Origin: an uncultured Acidobacteriaceae bacterium | Lineage (GTDB): Bacteria; Acidobacteriota; Terriglobia; Terriglobales; Acidobacteriaceae | Direction: 5' to 3' | Length of the DNA stretch: 64,000 nt | Assembly: GCA_963754765.1 (NCBI GenBank) | Contig: CAVWHJ010000008.1 | Location: 53,733-117,732 of the forward strand | In this document: piece by piece, positions 34,986 through 47,958 of the stretch | How the letters are laid out: each line of letters opens with the position of its first letter | Position numbering within the stretch: the stretch's first letter is position 1 | Program-made: the position numbers and the translations under genes | The notes under the pieces: generated by a model | Told to the model about the DNA's origin: nothing | The model's input: only the letters and a program-made list of their open reading frames with translations | The model's database searches: none

Positions 34986-37132
34986 ATGAGTGCGACAAAG
35001 CGAAGCTCCCGAAAGAGCACAAGTGCAAAGAACGCCGACGGCTCCACCGGTTGAGAACCTGTTTTTCAGCCGGGATGAGTCCTGGATGCGTTTCAACCAA
35101 CGAGTGTTGGAAGAGGCGCAGGACGAGACGAATCCGCTGCTGGAGCGGGTGAAGTTTCTGGCAATCACCGCCAGCAATCTGGATGAGTTTGTGGAGATCC
35201 GAGTCGCCGGATTTCTGCAGAGGATCGAAGACGGTTACAATCTCGCGCAACCACCCGATGAGGGTGGGCTGACTCCGCAGGAGCGGCTGGATGGCCTGAT
35301 GGAGCGCATCCGTAGCTTTGTCGATGCCCAGTACAAATGCTGGAATGAGCAACTACTGCCCGCGATGCAAGCGCAAAAGATTCGCGTGCTCCGGTGGAAT
35401 GACCTGAGTGAAGATGCGCGGGCACAGGCGCTGGACTTCTACGACACCGAAGTCGATCCGCTGCTGACGCCGGTCACGATCGATCCCTCCCATCCCTTTC
35501 CGCGTGTCTTGAATAAGGCCCTCTGTATCGGCCTACTCTTACGGCACAAACGACGCGGACCGAAGGCTGCACCATCGCTGGGCGTTGTTACGGTTCCCCG
35601 CGCATTGCCACGGCTCGTACCGCTGAGGAGTAAAGAGGGTTGTGACTTCATCCTTCTGCATGAATTGGTAGAGTCACAGGTGGATCGGATGTTTCGCGGG
35701 TATGAGGTGCTGTCGCGTTCGGCGTTTCGGGTAACGCGAAACAGCAATCTCTACATGCAGGAGGAGGAGTCTCGCTCGGTTCTCGAAAGTGTGCGGGCAG
35801 AGTTACATAATCGGCGCAAGGGCGATGCGGTCAGGATGGAGATCGAAAGTTCGGCTGACGAAGAGATGATCGAACGGCTGCGTATCAACTTCGAGTTGGA
35901 ACCGATGCAGGTGTTCCGCACGGATGGGCCGGTCAATCTGTCGAGGCTGATGAATCTCTACTCAGGGGTGAAGCAACAGGCCCTCAAGTATCCGGCGTTT
36001 GCCGCCAGGGAACTTCAAACTGAGTGCGAAGTCGACCGATATCTTCGATGAGCTGCGGAAGCGCGATCTGATGCTGCATCATCCGTACGATTCGTACAAG
36101 GCGATTGAAGAGTTTATCGAGGCAGGGTCACAGGACCCGAACGTGATCTCGATGAAGCAGACGCTTTACCGGACGAGCAGCGATTCGCCCATCTTCAAGG
36201 CATTGATTGATGCAGGTCAAAACAAAGAGGTCACTGTAGTCGTCGAGTTGATGGCCCGGTTCGACGAGGACTCGAACATCCGCTGGGCGAGAGAGCTTGA
36301 AGACGCAGGAGTCGGAGTCTTTCACGGCATCTTCGGATTGAAGACGCATTGCAAACTGGCTCTGCTGGTGCGGCGCGATCCCGACGGCGTGGTCCGACGA
36401 TACGCTCACCTCGGTACCGGAAACTACAACCCGGTTACGGCGCGGTTTTATACCGACATCAGCCTACTGACGTCGAGTCCGGATCTGACCGCCGCAGTGC
36501 AGAAAGTGTTCAACTACCTGACGGCGGAGACGGAGTCGGACTCATATGCTCCGCTATTGGTCGCTCCGCTGACGCTGGCAGACCGCCTTGTGGCGCTCAT
36601 CGACCGCGAAGCAGCGCACGCGAAGGCGGGAAGGCCGGCGGCGATTGTGGCGAAGATGAATGGCCTGATCGACCGGCGCACCGTGGAGGCGCTCTATGCG
36701 GCCTCGTGTGCGGGGGTCGAGATCGACCTGATCATCAGGGGAATGTGTTCGCTGCGGCCCGGAGTGAAGGGGCTGAGCGAACGAATTCGGGTGCGCAGCA
36801 TCGTGTGGCGCTTCCTCGAACATAGCCGCATCTTCAACTTCGCCAATGGCGGCGAGCCGGAGATCTACTGTGGCAGCGCAGACTGGATGCCCCGCAACCT
36901 CGTTGAACGATGCGAGGTTCTTTTTCCAGTGACGCAACCCGATCTCCAAAAGAGGCTGCGCACGGAGATCCTTGCGGCGTATCTGGCAGACAATTCGAAG
37001 GCTCGGTTGTTGCGCCCCGATGGAGAATACATTCGCGCACCACGGGTAGGAGCGGCATTCAGCGCGCAGGACTACCTAATGCGGAGAGCCGAGGGATCGG
37101 ATGAGAAAGTGCCCGAGCCCGTGAAGCACTGA
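34986..37132 (+). CDS. ppk1: Polyphosphate kinase 1; frameshifted
   Basis: SNLDEF..IRVAG, HHPYDS, ARFDE, KTHCK, GTGNYN, RFLEHSR, GSADWM.RN. Confidence 0.96.
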
Positions 37133-37167
37133 GGGGCAGACCCCAAGGTAAGGTCTTTGATCGCGGG

Positions 37168-40100
37168 TTATTTGATCGTGAGATTGATCGTCGCGCCCTG
37201 GATGGTCGATCCGCCAATGGCCGTCACGGTAACTGCGTACGAACCTGCGGCCAGGTTACCGGCGTTCAGGCCACTGGGGTCAACCCCGCCGCTTCCGCAG
37301 CCGCTGAGAACACCCAGAGTCGTCATTGCGAGCAGAAAAGTGAAGACGCTCCATCGACGGGCTCGACGCGGAACGAAGATTACAAGGAGACCTGCCAGCG
37401 CGACTCCCAGACCCCGCTTGAAATTCGGGGTAGAAGGTGCGGTGGCCTGAAGAGAGCTCGACGGCGGGATAGATGGTAAGCACGGTAGTCTCAGAGATTG
37501 GGCCGCTGGGAGTGAGACTCGATGGCGTGAAGAGACACGTCGCGCCCGAAGGCAGGCCACCGGTGCACGCGAAGGTGATGGTGGAGTGAAAGCCGCCTAT
37601 CGGATTCACCGTGAGAGTCACAGGGCTCGACGCATTGCCCGTGGCCGCGGTCGCAGATGTTGTGGAGGGTGACAGCGTGAAGGTGCCGACCGGGTTGAGG
37701 ATAGTGAGAGTCGCCGCAGGCGAGATGCCACTCTGGTGATTGCTGTCACCCGAGTAGATCACCTGCACCACATGTGGGCCCGCCTGAAGAGTATTGGTGA
37801 GAAGAGGAAGGTTGGTAGTTGCGCCTGTGAGCGCAATGCCCGGACCGTACTGAGTGCCGTCCAGTACAATCTGGGCGGCGCCCGTCGGAACCGGAGTCGA
37901 TGGCGAAATACTTGTCACCACCGTGACCGCTGTTCCCTGCACTACTGCGCTGGGGTTGATTGAAATGGTGGTACTGGCACCCGGAACGGCAGCGGCGCTG
38001 ATGGTGAAGGACGCGGGAGCAGAGACTGATGCCTGGTAGTTGGTGTCGCCCGAGTACAGCGCCGTGATGGTGTGAATACCCGGCGCTATTGTGAGCGAGC
38101 CACTGGATACACTGGCTACGCCGGACGAGAGTTGCGCCGATCCGATTGACTGGCCGTCGCTGGTGAAGGTGACAGTACCGGTAGGAGCCGGGCCGTGGAG
38201 GCTGCTGGAGGCGACTCGCCGCGCTGAAGCTGTAGCTTTGTCCCAGAGTTACCGTGGCCGACGACAGACGCAGTGTGGTGGTGCTCGTGGCTTGCGTCGA
38301 ACCCGTAACCGTAACGGCAACTCCCGATGACGTGGAGGCCGCGTAGTTCGAATCGCCCGAGTAAGTGAACGTGATGTCGTTGCTGCCCACCGGAAGCAGG
38401 CTCGCGGGAATCGCAAGTGTGACAGTTCCGGAGTCCGTCGAAGACGCAGGGTAGAAGTTTTGCAGCAACACCGCGCTGCCCAGCGTCACCCCTCCGGAGC
38501 TAAAGGAAATGAGGCCAGTAGGAGCACTGGCTCCGAAGCCCTTCTGTCCTCCCGTGCCGAAGCCGCGGGCGTTCACTTGCGCCGTTACTGTCAGAGTTGA
38601 CGCCGCAGAGAGGACCGATGGTGTGGCCTGCAGAATACTGGTGGTCTGGCCCTTGGTGATTGTGACGACAACAGCCGATGACGTGCTGGGATTGAAACTA
38701 GCGTCGCCGAAGTAAGCCGCTGCGAGGACGTGCGTGCCTGGAGCCAGCGAACGGGTCTGATCTTCAGTGTTCGACGTAGAGTTGAGCCGGAAGGTGCCCC
38801 CATCGACCGGGGTCCCGGAATCGGTAAGGAGGATATCGCCCGTTGCACTTCCCTGCCCGGAGACTCCAGCGACATCCGCACGGAGAAGAAAGAATCCGCC
38901 ATAGGAAAAGGATGCGCCGCTGTTCGCTGTCGTCGTCGTGCCAGTAGAAGGGTTGTAGAGCAGCGCCTGAAGCGTGGTTGTGCTGGCCTCCGGGGTCACG
39001 GTCAGTGTCTGGGGATTCGAGTCACTCGGCGCGAAAGTGCCATCCCCGGCGTAGTGAGCCTGAACCGAGTAGGTGCCGCCGGGAAAGTTACTGAGTGAGG
39101 CACTATAGCTGCCGCCCTGAAGCGTACCGCTCTGGACAGAACCATTGGACGCGAGCGCGTTGATCGAGACGCTGCCCGTAGGAGTGCCGGACGTTGAGGT
39201 GACCTTGACGTTGGCCGAGACCGCGCTGCCGTGGGTGATGGTCGCAGGCGAGAGCGTGAGCGTCGTGGAAGTGGCGACGAAGTCGGCGTTCGACCAGTTA
39301 TTGACAAGGTTGGCAGCGTTGACGCTGCCCAGGCCGGTCGCAAGATCGTATCCCGCACTCGCGCTGTAACCCGAGAGGACGCCGTACGATCGTTCTGAGT
39401 TAGTCACAGTGCAGTTGGGCGTGCCCTTGAGGCAGGGCATGGAGATTGTGTCTGTCGTGACGTCGTTGAAGACACATCCCGCAGCAGGAGTTCCGGTGAT
39501 GGCGCTGCATGCTGTGCCGGCCTTGTTCTGTTGACTGGCCAGATTGTAGAGCACATAGTTCGCGTTACCTTGCCGGCTGCCGGTCTTCTGGTTGACCAGC
39601 GATAGAATGCCGGCAAAGGCAGGAGAGGAGACGGACGTTCCACCGTAGCCTGCGAAGTCGTACGCCGGTGCTGCGATACTGCAGGGCTGGCCGTCTGCAT
39701 TGGTGCTCTGCTGGCAAACGATATAGAACGCCCCGAAAAAGCCCGCGCTGGCGAAGAGCGAGACGTCCGGAGTATCGCGAACACCATCTGCGGGAACTCC
39801 CAAGCCCGGTCTGCCAGGAAGGCTTTGAATAACCGCCTCTGCAACTGGAGAGCGAGGAGCCATTGGACTGCGTGCATGCGCTCGGTCCACCACCGCCGCC
39901 CACGACCGAGAGAAGGCCATCGGAGACTGCGGTCGCGCTGTTGCAAACCTGTTCGGGTGTCTGGCCGGCGAACGTACTGGAGGTGAAGACCGAGTTGGTG
40001 CAGCTCTCATTCCACGGAGTCTCGGGGATATAGCCCTTAGCCGAGGCTTGCGTCGTGGCGTTATTGGTGGCGTTCCAAAAGGCAGTGCCGCCGTTGGGCA

Positions 40101-41464
40101 TGTAGAAGTCGGTGCCGCCGACGGAGATGTTGTACGGCGTGCTGCCCAGACCGTTGACCGCGAGTCCGTCGCTCGCCGCTGTTACACCGGCGTTGTCGCA
40201 ACCGGCGGAACCGGAGTCTCCCGCCGAAAGCAGCACGGTGATGCCCTCCGCTGCGGCCTGCTGCCAGAGAGTCTTGTAGAAACGCATTGCCCGACGTGCC
40301 GAGAAAGAGTTCGCACTGGCCGTAGCTGTAGCTCATCACAGGAGCCAGATTATTGTCGACGATGTAGATGGCAGACAGGTCAGTGCCCTGCGTGACCTCC
40401 GTGCCCTCGGAGACGACGTAGTCGATCGTAGCGCCCTTCGCGACAGCGCCGGACCACTGCGTATCAATGTCAGCCTCACCTTCGTCGCTGGTGACTCCGG
40501 GGTTAGGACCGTTGTAAATGATGTTGAGGTACTGCGTGCCGGTCGGCGTCGCCGTGTTGCCAAGCGGAAGGCCGAACAGTTTGCGGAAGTTGACGAAGTC
40601 CGCGGGATTGATGTCGGTCTGGCCCACGATCGCGATGGTCTGGCCGGTACCGTCGATCGCACTAATCGCATTCCAAAGAGGCAGCACGTTATAGATGGTG
40701 GCAAAGTCGTACGGGGTCAGGCCGTAAGCGGGCGTGCCTTCATCCATCGTGAAGTCTGGCAACAATCCTGTGGAGCCCTGGTCAGCGATGCGCGTCGTGC
40801 GGTTAGTAGTGACGTCGTGGCGGAAGTTACCGACCTTATGGCTCGCTGCCCTGCGAGGAAAGTTGTTGAGCGATGCGATGCCAGTGACGACAGAAGCAAT
40901 CGCAGTCGGAACGGCGGGGTCGGACGCGTTGGCAATGTGCTGCTCGCCCTGAACGGTATAACGATGCATGCTGGTATGAAACGCGGCGTGCACCATTCCG
41001 GCGGTTCCGCTGAACTCAATGAGTGTGCGCGCGGCGTTCACCTTGATGCCCGAGAAGCCATGCCCGGCAAGCCACGCGGTGACGGTTGAGAGGTCGCGAT
41101 CGGTTGGACCGAAGGCTGCGCCGAAGCCCTCGGGTGTGAGCCACTGGTGATACGCCGAGGTGGATTTGTCCTGCTGCTGATCGATGAGTTCCTGCAGCGC
41201 AGTCTCTTGTTCCGGACTACGTTGAAGGATGAGCACGATGCGGCCGAGCGGTGTGTCGTCGGCCAGCGCACCCTGATCGAACTCAGGACGTGCCAGAGGA
41301 TGGGTGTTGCCGGATAGCGTTGTAACGCGGGCGTCGTCCACTGGCTGGACGATGCGGGAGCGAGGCGTAGGTAGCGGAGATTGCGAGGACGCCGAAACCG
41401 CGGCGACGAGAAGCAGAACGATGGTCGTCAGGACCGGGAGTACACGTCTGAGAATCCGAGGCAT
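37168..41464 (-). CDS. S53 (sedolisin) protease with pro-domain, multiple Ig-like repeats and C-terminal membrane hairpin; frameshifted
   Basis: YHQWLTPEGFG pro-domain; EADID, SAGDSG, GGTSVSSP catalytic motifs; YxGD Ig repeats. Confidence 0.88.
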
Positions 41465-41666
41465 TCGTTCGATTCCTGCTGCTGAGAAAGGACTTAGCTC
41501 TAAGCAGGCAAATTGAAGCAGTTACAGCAGATGTGATTCTTTCGTGATCACGGGAGCGCGTCAAGAATAGTTATCAAAGTGGCGTGACACATCCGGGGGA
41601 TTGTCCCGTTAAAGGAAATGGGCCGCGCCATAGACGCGGACCCGTTCCTTGAGAAACGAGCTTCGG

Positions 41667-44521
41667 CTACGGAACCGTTACAGTGACCTGCGTGCTATGA
41701 ACCAGGGTGCCAGAGGTTGCGGTAATTGTGAAGGTGTAGACGCCTGCAGAGGCAGGGGTCGTCGTGCCACCACCGCCGCCTCCGCCGCCACCACCCGTCG
41801 TCGAGGTGTTTCCACCGCAGCCAACGGCCGATAGAGCGGCGACGGATAAGACCAATGCCAATAGCGCCGGCCAACGCCGACGGCGTGGAAGCGTGATCAA
41901 CAGAACACAGGCGAGCGTCGCCCCGGAACCGGCGGCGTACCACGGAGCCCTGCTCGACGGACGCTGACGGAGATCCGGTTTCACAAGCTGCGCGGTCGTC
42001 TGCGACGCCTTCACGACAAATGAGGTCGTCTGAGCCGTTGCAGACGTAAAGGTGAGCGTCGTGGGACTAAAGCTTGGGGTTGCGGTCATGCTGTCGTTAT
42101 TGGTCATGATCAGCGTGACCGTACCGGTAAATCCTGCTGCCGGAGTGACAGTAAACGTGATGCCAGCCGAAGTCGCGCCGGGCGCTACCGAAACTGCCGT
42201 CGCGCTTCCGGTGCACGGAGTAAGGGCGAAGTCGGCCTTGGTCGAAGAGACGATATCGAACGAGGCAAACGCGCCATTCGGATAGTAAACCGGGGTTGTC
42301 GCAGGTCCGAGCAGCGTTCCCTTCGAGCCCGCATGCGCCGAGTCGCCGGAGTAGACCGCGCTGATGTTATGCCCACCAGAAGTGAGCGAAGTAGTATCCA
42401 GCATATAGCTTGCAGTCGCTGTGCCCAGTCGACGCACCGGCGGCCAGAGTCGCCGTTCCGACACTGACATTATCAACCATGATCAGGACCATCCCGGACG
42501 GGGTCGTCGTGCCGGTCACTGTAATGGTCGAACGGGACTTTCGTCCCGGACGAGACCGCGCAGAGTGCGTTGCTTGTCGTCACCGTCGTGGTCGTCAGCG
42601 CGGTCCCGATTGTGCTGCCGCCGCCTGTCGGAGTTGCGTTGGCCCAGTTCGTGACCAGCATATTCACATCGAGCGTGCCCAGACCGGACGCCAGATCGTA
42701 ACCGGTGGCAGCATCGTAGCCAAACGTGCCAGTCGGGCAATTCAGCGTTCCCTGCGAGCACTCGACGATGTTATTGCCCGTAATGATGTCATGGTAGACG
42801 CGGGAAATACTCGACAATCCGTACAGAACAGGACCGATATTGCCCAGTCCCACTCCCGGTGCGTTGCCAAGCTTCTGCTCCACCAGGGCAAGAACACCGG
42901 CAAGCGTGGGCGCAACAAACGAAGTACCTCCGAAGACGTTGGGCTGTCCGCTCGTCCCAGAAATCCATTGGTGCACGATCCCTGGCTACAGACGACATAG
43001 CCATCATGAATGGCGCCTGCGTTCATCGAGACGTCCGGAACGTCGCGCGAGGAGTCATTGGGGACACCCGTGGCCATTTGCCATGCGGGTTTGGAGAAGT
43101 AAGCCGCTTACACCTCCTCCACCCGCTCCACCTGCGGTAAGGCCCCCGGTAGCCGTCGTCTCGTTCCACGGTTGCTCCGGAATGTACTGGAGTAGCGGAG
43201 CTATTGTTTGCAGCGTTCGAACTGTTCCAGTAGGCTCAAGCATTGCTCACATCTCCAGTGAACATCGTGCCGCCTGAGGAGACTGAGTAGGGAGAACTGG
43301 CGGGGAAGTCGACAGACAGTCCCTCGGTCGCGAGCCCCGTGCTGTCGCAGTCCGCCGCGCCCGCATCGCCGGCCGAGCTGAAGAAGGTCATTCCCTGGGC
43401 GTTCGCCTGCTGCAGGATCTGAGTGGTAGAGGCGATCGAGGCAGAACCCCATCCCGGCTCGCACAACCCATAACTGGCCGTAACGATTGGAGCCACATTG
43501 TTGTCGACCGCATAGGGCAGCGAAAGATTGATGACATCCGTGCTGTTGACAAACAAAATTGCCGCCGAGGGAGCGGCAGCGCCCGACCACTCAAGGTCGA
43601 GATGAGCCTCATCGATATCGTTCGTCGAGACGCCAGGATCCTTGGACCCCGTCGCGAGCTGAATCTTGAGGTTGATCGCAGAAAGACCAGCGGCAGTCCG
43701 AAACGCAGCGATATTCGGATCCGGCAATACATTGCCCGAGGTCAGATCCGTCTGCCCCATCACGGCAATGGTTACGCCAGAGCCATTGATGTTACTTGAC
43801 GACGGCGGGAAGTCATAAATGGTATAGAGATCACCGGGCGCGATGTAGTGGCTCGTTACCCCGCCAGACGTGTTCGTAAAGGCTGGCAAAGGCTCCGTTG
43901 TAAGGCTGCGTGCACGAGACCGCGGTTTCAGCTTGAAATCGCTGAGGCCATTAACGTCAACCACCACGCTGGCGATGGCGGCTGGAAGCACCGGATCGGT
44001 GAGGTTGGCGATGTGCTCTTCGCCGTTCAGCGAAACATTATGGATCGATAGTGCCGAAGGCCTGCTCCGCTTGCGCAACGGTGCCGGAGAAGGTGATAAA
44101 GGTCGAGCTGCGCGCAACGCTGGTAATAGTAAAGCCCTGACTGGTCAGCCAGGCCGAAACTTTCGCCAGATCGCTGGCGCTAAGGCCAAAACTCGCGCCA
44201 AACTGCTCCGGAGTAAGCCACTGGTGATAGCTCGGCGAACTCGGATTTATCTGCGCCGCAAGCAGTTGATTGAGGGCGGCCTGCTGGGCGTCCGTCATGC
44301 TAAAGCGCAGGGCAAGGGACTCGAGCTTGCGGTCCCCTGACGCCGGCCCCAGATCGACAGAGTTTTTCGCGTGACCGCTGACCGTACCCGGTAGCGCAAC
44401 CCGGCTGCTGCCATCGACAGAGCCCGCAATGCGATTCTGCACGGCTGCTTGTGCGGATAATGCGGTGAACAGAATGGAGGCGGAGAAGCAGGAGGCGAGA
44501 GACAACGAGACGGCTACGCAT
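41667..44521 (-). CDS. Second S53 protease with Ig-like domains and C-terminal membrane hairpin; frameshifted
   Basis: YHQWLTPEQFG; EAHLD, SAGDAG, GGTSFVAP; GYDLASGLG. Confidence 0.88.
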
Positions 44522-44833
44522 GGATAATGTCTACCTTACTACCTGAAATACGGCTTCTTGGCTGCGGGTGCTGGATCCTGATCCACTATATCCAGGCGGG
44601 TCTGATCAAAACCAACCCGGAGCGTTGACCTATGCTTAGACAGACGTTCAGGGAAAAGGTTGCGCCTACATCAGCAAAGAGATTGTTTCAGGTTATTTTA
44701 GCGGAAGACCCACCCGCGGTTTTGCGACTGAAGCCGAAAGTCCCAATTTAAACTGCCCGTCCTTCAGCCAGTTATAGCGAGACCCTCCGCCCACCCCGAG
44801 AGAGACGCTCACCTGGCTGATGGAGCGCTCGGA

Positions 44834-47800
44834 CTACTGGATGGTCACTTGATATTGGTAGTTGTGACGCGTCGTACTGACGCCGTTACTACCCGCCGCA
44901 GTGATCGTAAAGATCTGGGTACCAAGCGGGCTGCCAGGATCGGTGGGTCCGCTTGGATCAGTCGTCACAGTCCCACAACCCAGGTTTGCGGTGAGACAAG
45001 CCGCGCATAGCAGAAGAAGAAGCGCCGGGAGCGCTCGTCTTCGGCGAGGCACAAAGAAGAAGAGCATCGCAAAGGTCGCCCCCGCTGCCAGATTCCAGTT
45101 GCTCCGCAGGGCCGCACGTTGATCGATCCCGTAGTCGTCGTCGTAGAACTGGTAGGCGCAGTCGTCGTAATCGTCATCGTCGTCGAGCCGCCGCCAATCA
45201 ACGATACAGGGCTAAACGAGCATGAGGTCTCAGTACTCGGCGGCGGTGTGCAGCCAAACGTCACCGTCCCGTTGAATCCCGCGATCGCGCCAAGCAACAT
45301 GACCACCTGGCCATTTTGACCCCGATTGATCGTCAGGGTCTGCGGAATCATCGTTAGGTTATAGTCCGCAAAAGTGAGTGGAAGGGTGGAGGAGGTCGCG
45401 GGGCTGAATGTGCCGTCTCCGTTATACACAGCGTAGATGCTATGCGTTCCGCCGGCAAAGTTCGTCGTGGAGATCACCGCGATCGACGCATTAGGGCCAT
45501 TGGGCGTCAGCGTGCCAACCCCCAGCGTAATAATGCCGCCGTTATACGTGTCGTAGAAGGTAACGGTGCCAGTGGGACCAACGGAGTTCACGGCGATGGT
45601 AAACACGGTCGCAGTCAGCACGACGTTCATGCCCGCCAGAGGACCTGACGTATTTGTGACATTCGAACTGAGCGTGAGCGTTGACGGTAGCAGAGTAGGA
45701 GTGACTGTCGCCGGTGTTGAAGTGCTCGCGTTCCAGTTTGCGTCTCCGCTGTAGCTTGCGGTGATATTGTGTGCTATCGCGCCGGAGAGGCTGGTAGTGA
45801 GCGTGGCCTGGTTGCTGCCCACCGCAGCCGAGGCGATCTGCTTCCCGTTGTCGTAGAAGATGACGTTGCCCGAGAACGTGTAGGTCAGCTTGCCGTTGCC
45901 GTTGTTGTTGATCGTGGCCGTAATCACTATGGGCTGTCCTGCCAGCGGAGCCGTTGGAGTAACACTAACGGTCGTGCTGGTGTTTCCCTTGGTCGTCGTA
46001 AACGTCAGGTTCAGCGGACTCTGGCACTGGAAGTTCTGGTTGCCCGCGCAGGTCGTCTGAACCGTATAGGGCGTCGTGCTCGGCGGGGGCGCGTCGATAT
46101 TGATATTCGCCGTTGCAGTGTTGCCGCCAGGATTCGGCGAGAGCGTTGCAGTGTAAAGGGCGCCGGTGATGCCCTCAATTTGAGAGGAAACCGTGCCGCT
46201 TGGAGACGCCGAGGAGTTTGGCAGAGCGACTGTGGCCGTCACCGTAGCGGTACTGCCATAAGGCACGTTCTGACTCGGCGCAATAGAACCCGTGAGAGTC
46301 GCGTTGACAATGCTGACCGTGATGACAACGCTGCTGGTGCTGCCGCTCGCCTGCGTAGTTGGAGTCGCCGGAGTAGTTCGCCGTCAGGTTATACGTCCCG
46401 ACACCCAGGTTGCTGACCGTAAATGTAGCCGTGCCGCCGTTGAGAGGACTGGAGCCAATCGTTCCCTGTGACGTGCTGGTAAATGTCACAACTCCAGTCG
46501 GATTGGCGCTGGCATAAGACGATGGCGTTACCGTTGACGTGAGCGTGATGGGAGTACCGTAACCAACGGCATAGGTCGAAGAGATAAGAGAGGTCGTGGT
46601 CGCAATGGCGCCGCTCGCACGCGGGTACACCTTAAGCAGCGTCGCAAGATCGACAACGCCAAGGCCGCTCGCCTTCTCCCACGATCCAGGGACCGTCAAC
46701 GGTGTAGCGTCGGGCTGAGTGTAGAGGTCCGGCGTCGATGCCAGCGAGTAAAGAATCCCGTTGATATTGCCTTGGCGCACGCCCGTCTGCTGCACGATCG
46801 TGCTGATCGTCTGGGCAAACGCCGCAATCGATGTCGTCGTAAGGTCGGGCTCGTAGCGGCTCGGCGTCGTCGGGCAAGCCAGGAGCAACTTGCCATGAGG
46901 GTCGTGCCTCGATCGGAACGAAATGGCGCCGCTGTCGGGCTGACCGTAAGGGCAGTCACCTCGGCAAGACTCGCCGGAAAACTTCCCGTGCCACGCGCAC
47001 CGCAGCCACTGGTGGCAAGAATCGTAATCCCCTGCGCGTTGGCCTGGCGAAAGAGATCGTGATACGCATCGTAGTCCGACTGCGCCAGATCCGAAGAGCA
47101 TTCACCCGTGCTAAACGTCAAAATCGGAGCTGCATTCGAATCGATCGCAGATGCGGTCGACAACGAACGGATCGACACTCTGGTTCGCGGTGGTAGGCGC
47201 AGCGATCACTCGCGGTCCAGCGCTCGTAACCGCCGCCACGGTGGCAGGCGCAGCGATCGGCATCTCGTTCAGGCCCGGAAACTCCCGCGATCAGTCGACG
47301 AAACCTCTGCCGGAATCGACGGCTGAGTCGAATTGGCAACGTAGAGCGCGTTCGCAACCTGGTAGCGGCGAAGCGTAACCCCAAACGCGCTCTCAACCTG
47401 CAGACACAGTTCCTGTAACAGTCATGCGCGTTCCGGAGGGCGAGACAGCTCCGGCCGTAAGACCCTGCGATTGCAGCCACGCCGTTGTCGCGGCGATCTG
47501 GTCATCCGTCGCGCCGAACTGCACAGCAAACTGCTGCGGCGTGAGCCACTGATGGTAAGAAGAAGATTTCGCCGTAGTCTGGTTGTCAGCAGTTGATCAA
47601 GAGCGGCGCTCCGATCCGCTGGCATCGCAAGACGAACCGTAATTTGAATTGGCTGGGAAGCAGGTACAGTCCCGGCATCGACCGCCGCGGTGGTATCGCC
47701 CGCAACCCCAGTGGCAAGCAGCACACGCTGCGCCTGGAGAGCGACAGGTAGAGCGAGAACTAGCAGAAAAAAAGTCGCCAGCGATCGTGCCAAACTGATA

Positions 47801-47835
47801 TGGCGTCTGAAATGCAATGTCGATCTAATGCACAT
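44834..47835 (-). CDS. S53-derived protein with pro-domain, truncated catalytic domain, Ig-like repeats and C-terminal hairpin; frameshifted
   Basis: Pro-domain YHQWLTPQQFA by manual translation; QANAQGITIL and ASGLG remnants; no E-x3-D, GDSG or GGTS. Confidence 0.75.
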
Positions 47836-47879
47836 AGTATCGGCATGATGGTTACAGAAGGCACCATCAAAGGCAATGG

Positions 47880-47918
47880 AAAAGGACCCGCCAAGGGGGT
47901 GATCTGGCTGGTCCTTTT
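47880..47918. terminator. Bidirectional terminator-like hairpin
   Basis: AAAAGGACC...GGTCCTTTT downstream of the acyl-CoA dehydrogenase. Confidence 0.65.
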
Positions 47919-47958
47919 GTGGGATGCGCCTCGCGACGCCGATGCGATTAAATCTGTG

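Noticed and set aside
41768-41797. (CCG/CCA)n low-complexity tract
   Set aside because: It encodes the poly-Gly linker of the second S53 protein; not an independent repeat.
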